The translations under genes and the position numbers were made by a program. Shown one piece after another: positions 19,026 through 25,926 of a stretch of 25,926 bases of DNA. Source of the stretch: Candidatus Diapherotrites archaeon CG10_big_fil_rev_8_21_14_0_10_31_34 (GTDB lineage Archaea > Iainarchaeota > Iainarchaeia > Iainarchaeales > 1-14-0-10-31-34); assembly GCA_002763225.1 (NCBI GenBank), contig PFAI01000030.1:1-25926 (forward strand). Direction: 5' to 3'. The notes beneath the pieces were generated by a model. It worked only from the letters and a program-made list of their open reading frames with translations. It was not told the origin of the DNA and did not search any database. Position 1 is the first letter of the stretch; each line of letters opens with the position of its first letter.

Positions 19026-20243
19026 TTATTTTTCCAGCAGGAATTCAATTGATTTATCTATATCTTCGTCAGCCAGTAATTCAAAAAATCTTTGGATGTC
19101 AAAGTTTTTATCAAAAGAAGTCTCAGAAAGATTTTTTTCAAGCATTTCAATTCCTAAAGCAGAAACAGATTTCTTTGTTTTATGCAAGTCTCTTAATTCC
19201 TGAATTCTTCTTTTGAATTCAACAGAAGAAAAATCCTTGTTAACAGAAAAAATTGCTTTTCCCTGAAACTCGGATAAAACTTTATTTAAATCTACGTCAG
19301 ATTGAGTTAAACCTTTGGCTAAAGTTCCGGTTAATTTAATTCTAATTAAAGGAATTAAATCAGCTCTGTTTTGAGCTAAAAAAACATCAATTTTTGTTTC
19401 TAATCTTTCAAGAATTTGGGCAGGAGTTGCTTCAATAAAAGAAATTTTTTCATAAAAAAGGTTTCTCTGGTTTTTTAATGGAATAAAAAAAGTATTCATT
19501 GACTCAGAATCAATCAATACAATTCCTTTTTGTTTTTCTGATTCAAGTTTTTTCATTTGCGTTGTGATTGTAGAACCAGGCATTAATAATTTGCCTCCAT
19601 CAAAAGCTTTTTCTGCATGCCAATGCAAATGTCCATTAATAATTAAATCAAATCCTTTTGGCAGATTAGAAATTGAAATAGTTGCAGCCATTTCATCCTG
19701 GGTTGGAAGAAATTCCTTAATGGATTGATGCAATAACAAAAAGTTTTTTGCTAAAGGAATTGGATTTGGATTATATAGTTTAAGGACATCTAATGCTTTT
19801 TTTTCTGGAACGCCGCCCATGCCATGAACAGCAACTTTTTCATTGTCTTTTTCTGCAGTTAAATAGTTTGCATGAATGTAAAAAATAAATCCAGCACTTT
19901 CAAGCACTTCAAGAGGATTCTTAAAATCCCTTGAACGCAATTCATGAGTTCCGTGAATTGCAATAACCGGAATTCCCCTGAAAAATAGTTCTTTTCCTTC
20001 TTTTAAAATTCTTACTTCGCTTTTTTTTGCATTTTTTGTCAGCCTGAATAACTCAAATGAATCAAACCATGTTTCAATTAAAGGGATTTTTGAATCAAAA
20101 ATATCTCCAGGCAATAAAATCAGTTCAGCATTATTTTCTATTGCAAGAGCAAAAGCATTTAACGCATTATTTAATGCCTCTTCTTTTCTTTCAGTTTTAT
20201 TGGAAAAACCTAAATGAGTGTCAGAAATAATTGCTATCTTCAT
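19026..20243 (-). CDS. mre11: Mre11/SbcD-family DNA repair nuclease
   Basis: Metallophosphoesterase motifs SDTHLG, GDIFD, HGTHE, LHQ, GHLH, PGS, plus capping-domain region. Confidence 0.88.
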   Translation of the reverse strand: MKIAIISDTHLGFSNKTERKEEALNNALNAFALAIENNAELILLPGDIFDSKIPLIETWFDSFELFRLTKNAKKSEVRILKEGKELFFRGIPVIAIHGTHELRSRDFKNPLEVLESAGFIFYIHANYLTAEKDNEKVAVHGMGGVPEKKALDVLKLYNPNPIPLAKNFLLLHQSIKEFLPTQDEMAATISISNLPKGFDLIINGHLHWHAEKAFDGGKLLMPGSTITTQMKKLESEKQKGIVLIDSESMNTFFIPLKNQRNLFYEKISFIEATPAQILERLETKIDVFLAQNRADLIPLIRIKLTGTLAKGLTQSDVDLNKVLSEFQGKAIFSVNKDFSSVEFKRRIQELRDLHKTKKSVSALGIEMLEKNLSETSFDKNFDIQRFFELLADEDIDKSIEFLLEK

Positions 20244-21130
20244 TTAATCAACTCTAAAATTTCTTTGAATTGCTGTTCAGGATAAAATGTTATTGGAGAG
20301 AAAACAACAAAACCTGTTTTGTCCTGCAATTCACTGATTTCTTTTAATGCTTTGGCTTCATTTCTTTCACTTAAAACCAAAGCAGAAAGAAAATTTCTTT
20401 CTTGTTCTATTGCAGAAAAAGGAATTGATTTTAATTCAGTAAAAGAATTAAACTGAGAGATTAATTCAATATTTGCTTTAATTTTAGAATTATTTTCCCG
20501 GATTATTGGAAAAATATTGCAGCCTCTTTTAAGCATTAAAAAAGCTGAAACTAATTCATCTTTTTTTCCATCCATGATTAAACCAACTTTTCCTTCTACT
20601 CCAACCGGAATGCCTTTTACCCCGGGAATTTTTTCTGAATAAAGAAAAACAGTGTTTTGGATTACATCAGCAAAAATTTCTTTTGAAGGACTTGAAAGAT
20701 TTACTTTTAATCCTTTAATTTCATCCATTATTTTTTGTCCTACTTCAACTGCAATATCCTGAGAAGAAAAATCGTGTTTTCCGTTTCTTGAAATACGCAA
20801 AGCAAAAGAATCTCCTTTTGAAAGAGTTTTTTTTGCAAAATCAACAAAGATTTCTTTTAAGTCCTGCATTGAATTAAAAGTAAAAGGAACAGCAAAAGAA
20901 AAAGAATGGATTCCAAAAACTTTTTGCATTAAAGGAATTGCTTTTATCTGATTATCTGTTTCACAGACAAGAATGCCTGAAAACTTTCCTGAAAGAGTTA
21001 AATTAATGTTTTTTGAGTTAAGTGTTTTCCTTAAATTTGAAACCAATTTTTTAATAAAAAATTGTCTGACAAAATGAGTTTTAAGATAGATTTCTGAAGC
21101 AGGGCGCAAAACTATAATTGATTTATCCAT
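20240..21130 (-). CDS. ThiI-derived THUMP-domain protein with degenerate PP-loop domain
   Basis: SEIYLK..VR, VFGIHSFS, SFALRISR.GKHDFSS, KVNLSSP, GVKGIPVGVEGK; PP-loop SGGIDS replaced by DGKKDE. Confidence 0.88.
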   Translation of the reverse strand: MDKSIIVLRPASEIYLKTHFVRQFFIKKLVSNLRKTLNSKNINLTLSGKFSGILVCETDNQIKAIPLMQKVFGIHSFSFAVPFTFNSMQDLKEIFVDFAKKTLSKGDSFALRISRNGKHDFSSQDIAVEVGQKIMDEIKGLKVNLSSPSKEIFADVIQNTVFLYSEKIPGVKGIPVGVEGKVGLIMDGKKDELVSAFLMLKRGCNIFPIIRENNSKIKANIELISQFNSFTELKSIPFSAIEQERNFLSALVLSERNEAKALKEISELQDKTGFVVFSPITFYPEQQFKEILELIK

Positions 21131-21218
21131 TAAATAAAATAAAAGAGAAAAAGTTAAAACACAATCTAATTATACATAATTTATTGTGTGTTTTACATCA
21201 AATAAAAGAAAAAAAGGT

Positions 21219-21380
21219 TTAGCTGTATTTTGACACACTAAAACCTAATGCGCCTATTCCACCCCACATTACTGCTAAGGCACCCCAATTTGCGGCATAA
21301 GGACTCCAAATCCAGGCTACACCAATTGCAAAAAGAATTAAACCAAAAACAATGCTGGCTTTTTTCACAAATTCGCTCAT
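21219..21380 (-). CDS. 53-aa two-TM membrane protein MSEFVKKASIVFGLILFAIGVAWIWSPYAANWGALAVMWGGIGALGFSVSKYS
   Basis: SD GGAGGG 5 nt before ATG, helical-hairpin hydropathy, T-rich run after the stop; below the ORF-track cutoff. Confidence 0.8.
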   Translation of the reverse strand: MSEFVKKASIVFGLILFAIGVAWIWSPYAANWGALAVMWGGIGALGFSVSKYS

Positions 21381-21463
21381 TAAATCCCTCCAAAAACTAA
21401 AATAATGATATTAATAACATTTTTTGATTAATAAACCTTTGTGTTTTAAGAGTTAAATTGTCT

Positions 21464-22072
21464 TTAGTTTATTTGTTTTTCAAATTCAATAAACAGTTTT
21501 TCGGTTAAATCATTTAATCCTGCTTTAAGTTCTTCTTCTAACACTTTTTTTTGAAGTGATTTGGTTGCAGGCTTGTCTGGGCCTAATGCATCACAGGTTT
21601 CTGGTCCGACAGAAAGATTATAAGTATCAAGTTTTTTTGCTAAATCAATTATTTCTTGTTTATCCATTCCAAGCAATGGCCTTATCACAGGAATTTTAAG
21701 TCCAAAAGAAATTGAAACTAAATTCTCTAAAGTCTGGGATGAAACCTGCCCTAAATTTTCTCCTGTAACAATTAAATCAAACTTGTGTTTTTCACAGATT
21801 TTTTCAGCTGTTTTCAGCATTAAACGCTTCATTAAAATAAAATAAAATTTTCTTTCAGTTTTATTCACAATCTGCTGTAATGCATCAGAAAAATCTATTG
21901 AAATAAATCTTGAATTCAGTTTTTCAGCTAATTTCTCTGATTTTTCAACTGACTGTTTCCCTGTTATTTTAACTGAAGAAAAATGCAGGCAGGTAATTTC
22001 TGTTTTATCTTTAATTAAAAATCCTGCTACAGGACTGTCAATTCCTCCGCTTAACAAAAGCAATGACTTCAT
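21464..22072 (-). CDS. thiI: Stand-alone ThiI catalytic (PP-loop) domain, tRNA s4U8 sulfurtransferase-like
   Basis: LLSGGIDSPVA, TGENLGQVSSQTLENL, IRPLLGMDKQEII, PETCD; no THUMP or rhodanese domain. Confidence 0.88.
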   Translation of the reverse strand: MKSLLLLSGGIDSPVAGFLIKDKTEITCLHFSSVKITGKQSVEKSEKLAEKLNSRFISIDFSDALQQIVNKTERKFYFILMKRLMLKTAEKICEKHKFDLIVTGENLGQVSSQTLENLVSISFGLKIPVIRPLLGMDKQEIIDLAKKLDTYNLSVGPETCDALGPDKPATKSLQKKVLEEELKAGLNDLTEKLFIEFEKQIN

Positions 22073-22150
22073 ACAAAAATATGGATTAGATTAAATTAAA
22101 AAATAAACCAAATAAAGACAAATAAAATCAAAAAAAAGCCTAAAAAAAGA

Positions 22151-22258
22151 TTTAATTAAAAAAAAACCAAACAAAAACAACCAATAAAAAAAACAAATTT
22201 AATTAAAAAACCAAACAAAAACAACCAATAAAAAAACAGGTTTAATTAAAAAAACCAA
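22151..22258. repeat. Tandem repeat, about 2.4 copies of a 43-47 bp unit
   Basis: TTTAATT-A(n)-CCAAACAAAAACAACCAAT-A(n)-CA starting at 22151 and 22198, partial copy at 22241. Confidence 0.9.
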
Positions 22259-22276
22259 TTAATTAAACATATTATA

Positions 22277-23452
22277 ATGAAAGAAATTTTTGATGTAATA
22301 ATAATTGGCGGAGGACCAGCAGGATGTTTTGCTGCATTAGAATGCGCTAAATCTAATTTAAAGACTCTTTTATTAGAAGAAAATTCGGTTATAGGGCAAC
22401 CAGTTCATTGTGGGGAATGCATTTCAGGAATTGCAGCCGGAAGGCTTGGATTAGAATTACCTGAACAAGTAATTTCAGCTAATGTAAAAGGCATTAAAAT
22501 AATTTTTCCTAACGGAAAAAACACTGTTTTAAAAGAAGAAGGATTTGTATTAGAAAAAGATAAATTCGAGCAATGGATTGGAAAAAAAGCAGTTAAAGCA
22601 GGAGCAAAAATAAAAACAGAGCATAAAGTTAAAGAAATAAAAAAAGAAGGAAATTTTTGGGAAATACAATGTTCTAATAAAAATTCTTTTACAGGAAAAA
22701 TTTTAATTGATGCATCAGGAGTTTATTCTTTTACATCAAAAAAACTTGAATTAAATTCAATGCCGAAAACAGTTATTGGAATCCAGTACAAAATGACAGA
22801 AATTGAAAGAAATGATTTCTTGGATTTCTATTTATGGCCTAAACTGGCGCCAAAAGGATATTTGTGGATGATTCCAAAAAAAAATGGGAAAGCAAACATT
22901 GGATTAGTTACAGAAGAAAAAACGCATGCAAAGAAATTTTTGGATGAATTCTTAAAACAAAAAAAATGGGAAAACAAAAAAATTGAGAAAAGCTTTGGCG
23001 GATTAATTCCAATTTCGGGCCCGCACAAAAAAACTTTTGATGATGGCTTAATGTTAATAGGGGATGCAGCAGGATTTACTTCTCCTTTATTTGAAGGCGG
23101 AACTTCTCTTGCATTAACTTCAGCAAAGTTTGCAGGAATGACCGCAAAAAAAGCAATTGAAACAAATGATTATTCAAAAAAAGTTTTGAAAGAATATGAA
23201 GAGTTATGGAAAAAAGAGTTTCCTGACTACAATAAACTGATTAAAGGAAAAAATATTTTTTATTCTTTTAGTGAAGAAGAACTGAATTTTTTTTCTGAAC
23301 TGCTTCCGGATGACTTGACTAAAATCAGTTTCTGGAAATTTTTGTCTTCTTCTTTAAAGCTTTTAATCAAAAAGCCTTTACTGGTTAAAAAAGGGGCTTT
23401 TAAGGCTGCAAAAGCTTTTTCTTTCAGCAAAGCAAAGCATTATGGGTGGTGA
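22277..23452 (+). CDS. Geranylgeranyl reductase family flavoprotein
   Basis: GGGPAG, HCGECIS, PKGYLWMIP, LIGDAAG..PLFEGG. Confidence 0.9.
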   Translation: MKEIFDVIIIGGGPAGCFAALECAKSNLKTLLLEENSVIGQPVHCGECISGIAAGRLGLELPEQVISANVKGIKIIFPNGKNTVLKEEGFVLEKDKFEQWIGKKAVKAGAKIKTEHKVKEIKKEGNFWEIQCSNKNSFTGKILIDASGVYSFTSKKLELNSMPKTVIGIQYKMTEIERNDFLDFYLWPKLAPKGYLWMIPKKNGKANIGLVTEEKTHAKKFLDEFLKQKKWENKKIEKSFGGLIPISGPHKKTFDDGLMLIGDAAGFTSPLFEGGTSLALTSAKFAGMTAKKAIETNDYSKKVLKEYEELWKKEFPDYNKLIKGKNIFYSFSEEELNFFSELLPDDLTKISFWKFLSSSLKLLIKKPLLVKKGAFKAAKAFSFSKAKHYGW

Positions 23453-23457
23453 AAAAA

Positions 23458-23829
23458 ATGTTTGTAAGAAAATTAAAGGAATGCAGTGAATTCACTGCAG
23501 GAGACCATTCAATTTTAAGGGAATTATTTAATCCATTAAAAGACAAACTTGAATTAAATTACAGTTTGGCTTATGCAAGAGTTCCAACAGGGAAAACCTG
23601 CACTAAACACAGGCTGAAAAGCAGTGAAGTGTATTATATTCTGCAAGGAAAAGGAATAATGTTTATTGATGACAAACAAAAAAAAATAGAAAAAAATGAC
23701 GCAATTTATATTCCGCCTAATGCAGTTCAACGGATTTCAAACACAGGAAAAAAAGAATTAATCATTTTATGCATGGTTGAGCCTGCATGGAAACCAGAAG
23801 ACGAAGAAGTGTTTGAAGAAAAAGATTAA
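23458..23829 (+). CDS. Cupin-domain protein
   Basis: SLAYARV, HRLKSSEVYYILQGKG, IYIPPNAVQRISNTG; GGTGA SD favours ATG 23458. Confidence 0.9.
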   Translation: MFVRKLKECSEFTAGDHSILRELFNPLKDKLELNYSLAYARVPTGKTCTKHRLKSSEVYYILQGKGIMFIDDKQKKIEKNDAIYIPPNAVQRISNTGKKELIILCMVEPAWKPEDEEVFEEKD

Positions 23830-23860
23830 ATAATCGTATTTCTTTTCTTTTAGTGATAGC

Positions 23861-24550
23861 ATGGGAAAAGTTTTAAACAGAAACAGGGTCAAAAACCTGA
23901 ATGTTTTCAGGCAAAAAATGCAGTGGGCAGTAAAAGACATGATTAAACACGAAAAAAACCCTACTTTAAAAACTGCTTATGAAAGAACTTTAACTAATTT
24001 AGAAACAGTTCCAATTAATTTTTATCCAAAAGATTCATTATCAAGAACTGTTTTTCAGATCGGAAAACATTTTTTTACATCAGAAGTTTTAGGGGAACAC
24101 AAGCAAAACATCAGAGTCATAAGAAACGGCAATTTGCTAAAAGTTATTCCAGAAGGCAGATTAATTGAAATTCCTGCAAACCATTTTTTTCTTGGAAACA
24201 CCCCTGCATGGGGGGGAATGAAAACTTTAATGCATGAAATCTGTCATGATCCGGCAAGAAATGTATTTGATTTTTCCAGAGAAATTCAGTTAAACCCAAG
24301 CCAAACAGAAGAATTGATTGCAGATTTAATGAGCGCAAAAATAGCAATTAAAATGGGTTTTCCAAGGGAAAAAGTTTTAAGTTTATATAATGGAAGAGAA
24401 TGGGTTTACGGAAGATTTCCTTATAGAAAATTTTTAGAGAAAGCCATTAAACAAAAAAAGTTCAGAGAAGAAATCTCCGGAAGAAAAGCAAGAGAACCAT
24501 TAAAAATAATGAAAGGCAAAAAAAGAAATCAAAAAATGCTTTATAAATAA
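23861..24550 (+). CDS. Hypothetical protein with HExxH...E zincin-like motif
   Basis: TLMHEICHD followed by TEELIAD; basic termini. Confidence 0.6.
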   Translation: MGKVLNRNRVKNLNVFRQKMQWAVKDMIKHEKNPTLKTAYERTLTNLETVPINFYPKDSLSRTVFQIGKHFFTSEVLGEHKQNIRVIRNGNLLKVIPEGRLIEIPANHFFLGNTPAWGGMKTLMHEICHDPARNVFDFSREIQLNPSQTEELIADLMSAKIAIKMGFPREKVLSLYNGREWVYGRFPYRKFLEKAIKQKKFREEISGRKAREPLKIMKGKKRNQKMLYK

Positions 24551-24637
24551 AAGATTTTCATTAAACTTTTATAACATAAAAAAAAGCCGGGAGAGGGACC
24601 AAAAGGCAAAGTTTGAAGCCGAACCAAAAAAAACACA

Positions 24638-24678
24638 GTAGTGTATAAACAAAAGATTTAAATAAATGTAGTGTATAA
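24638..24678 (+). promoter_or_regulatory. fic promoter: BRE-TATA flanked by 11-bp direct repeats
   Basis: GTAGTGTATAA at 24638 and 24668 around AAAAGATTTAAATA (24651-24664). Confidence 0.65.
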
Positions 24679-24685
24679 TATTTTT

Positions 24686-25588
24686 ATGGTTTTTATAAGA
24701 AAAATTAAGGGTTATTTTGTTTTGGCGCATTCTGTCAGAAAAGGAAAAAAAACAGTGCAGGAAACAAAATATGTCGGGAAAGTTTTGCCTTCAAAAGAAA
24801 GACTGGGGCAGTTAAAAAAAGAGTTTTTGAAGGAACTCAAAGGAAGAAAATACAAATATTTTTCCGGAGAAGAAGTAGAAGAAATTGAAAAAAAGAAAAC
24901 AGAATACTCCGTGGAAAGAAAAAAATTGAGTTCTCTGGAAAAAGAAAAATATTTCAAGAATTTCATGATAAGGTTTACTTATGACAGCAGCAAACTGTCA
25001 GGAGTTGACATTACATTAAGGCAGACGCACTTAATTCTCAAAGACGGCATTATCCCGAAAGATTTCAAGAACTTAAAGACAGTTAAAGAAATTGAAAACC
25101 ACGAAAAAGGCATTGTGGCAATAACAAAATATACAGGAAAACTGAATATTAAGTTCATAAAAAAACTGCATAAGATTCTTTTTGCAGGAGTCAGCAACGA
25201 AATAGCCGGAAAACTGAGAAGTGAACTGAAAAGAAATGTTAAAATTGGAGGGACTCCTTTTGTTCCCCCGAAATGGAATGAACTTGAGAGAGAACTAGAA
25301 AATTTTTTTAGCTGGTATAAATCTGAAAACAGAAGAATGCATCCTTTAGAGTTAGTAGCATTAATTCACTTAAAAATGGCTTCAATTCAGCCTTTTGTTG
25401 ACGGCAACAGCAGGCTGTCAAGGCTTTTAATGAACTGGATTTTATGGAAAAAAAGCTATCCATTAATTGACATAAAAATTGAGGAGCTGGAAAAGTATTA
25501 TAATGTTTTAGATGAATTCCAGATTGAAGGAAAAGAAAAGCCATTCATAAAATACATTAAAGAAAAATACTTAGATAGTAATAGCTGA
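24686..25588 (+). CDS. Fic/Doc family protein with degenerate active site
   Basis: IKKLHKILF, AGKLR, HPLELVALIH, QPFVDGNSRLSR (canonical HPFxDGNGRxxR); ATG 24686 fits a leaderless start. Confidence 0.9.
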   Translation: MVFIRKIKGYFVLAHSVRKGKKTVQETKYVGKVLPSKERLGQLKKEFLKELKGRKYKYFSGEEVEEIEKKKTEYSVERKKLSSLEKEKYFKNFMIRFTYDSSKLSGVDITLRQTHLILKDGIIPKDFKNLKTVKEIENHEKGIVAITKYTGKLNIKFIKKLHKILFAGVSNEIAGKLRSELKRNVKIGGTPFVPPKWNELERELENFFSWYKSENRRMHPLELVALIHLKMASIQPFVDGNSRLSRLLMNWILWKKSYPLIDIKIEELEKYYNVLDEFQIEGKEKPFIKYIKEKYLDSNS

Positions 25589-25908
25589 GAGAGGGATTCG
25601 AACCCTCGATCTTCCGCTTTCTGCTCCTTTTCTTTTTTTCCGAAAAAAGAAAAGGTGTAAGTTAGCCCAAAAGAAAAAAAGGAATTTGGCTAAAAACATT
25701 TTCTCTTTTTGAGCACTACTAAAACTTTTGGTTTTAGTGTGCACTTAATTTCTTTCTGAAATTAAGTTGCAACCTGCACTGGTTTTCTCTTTGGATGCTC
25801 ACGGCCTTTTTTTACCCTTTTTCTTTTGGTAGACCGTAGCTTTTCTTTTTCTGGAAAAAGAAAAGGTTGGAACTGCAGGCGGATGCATATCCTCTCTGCC
25901 ACCTCAGC
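25583..25908 (-). tRNA. tRNA-Cys(GCA), exons 25908-25873 and 25618-25583, with a 254-nt intron at 37/38
   Basis: Acceptor GCTGAGG/TCTCAGC plus U73; anticodon stem TCCGC/GCGGA with loop CT-GCA-G|A; T arm GAGGG-TTCGAAT-CCCTC; CCA not encoded. Confidence 0.95.
25619..25872 (-). other. BHB-type tRNA intron, 254 nt
   Basis: Canonical bulge-helix-bulge: CTGC/GCAG 4-bp helix, 3-nt bulges AG|T and AA|A, outer helix TCC/GGA. Confidence 0.92.
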
Positions 25909-25926
25909 TTAATTAAAGAAAGGGCT

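Noticed and set aside
22151..22258. Possible CRISPR array
   Set aside because: Adjacent low-complexity units with no unique spacers and no cas genes
25619..25872. Group I/II intron, split tRNA or intron-encoded endonuclease
   Set aside because: Exons are collinear with a perfect BHB junction, and no group I/II core or substantial ORF is visible

Overview
AT-rich archaeal chromosomal window, inferred to be DPANN-like from compact gene packing, leaderless or GGAGG/GGTGA-led genes and BRE-TATA promoters. The core genes are an intein-containing MCM helicase, the aIF2beta-DUF424-aIF1A-RIO1-KH(Dim2)-top6B-top6A cluster, AlkD, CutA, ADP- and AMP-forming acetate-CoA ligases, Mre11, ThiI and a geranylgeranyl reductase. 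Accessory genes include a DUF2683/RelE-type TA pair, a presenilin-like protease and a degenerate Fic protein. The most interesting items are missed by the ORF track. (1) A 19-aa SD-led peptide, a hairpin and an atypical HemN-like radical SAM gene lie divergent from a LysM-like Lrp regulator with a perfect palindromic site, a candidate archaeal RiPP system. (2) An RNase H-fold/DUF3800-like gene inserted in a conserved operon is paired with a convergent ~100-nt structured ncRNA that has its own promoter and terminator. (3) A tRNA-Cys(GCA) carries a 254-nt, highly structured BHB intron. (4) ThiI is split into a catalytically dead THUMP protein and a stand-alone PP-loop protein. (5) An apparent ATT start codon and a duplicated SD/start with a uORF and hairpins precede aIF1A. 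Family names come from recognising motifs by eye; no searches were run.
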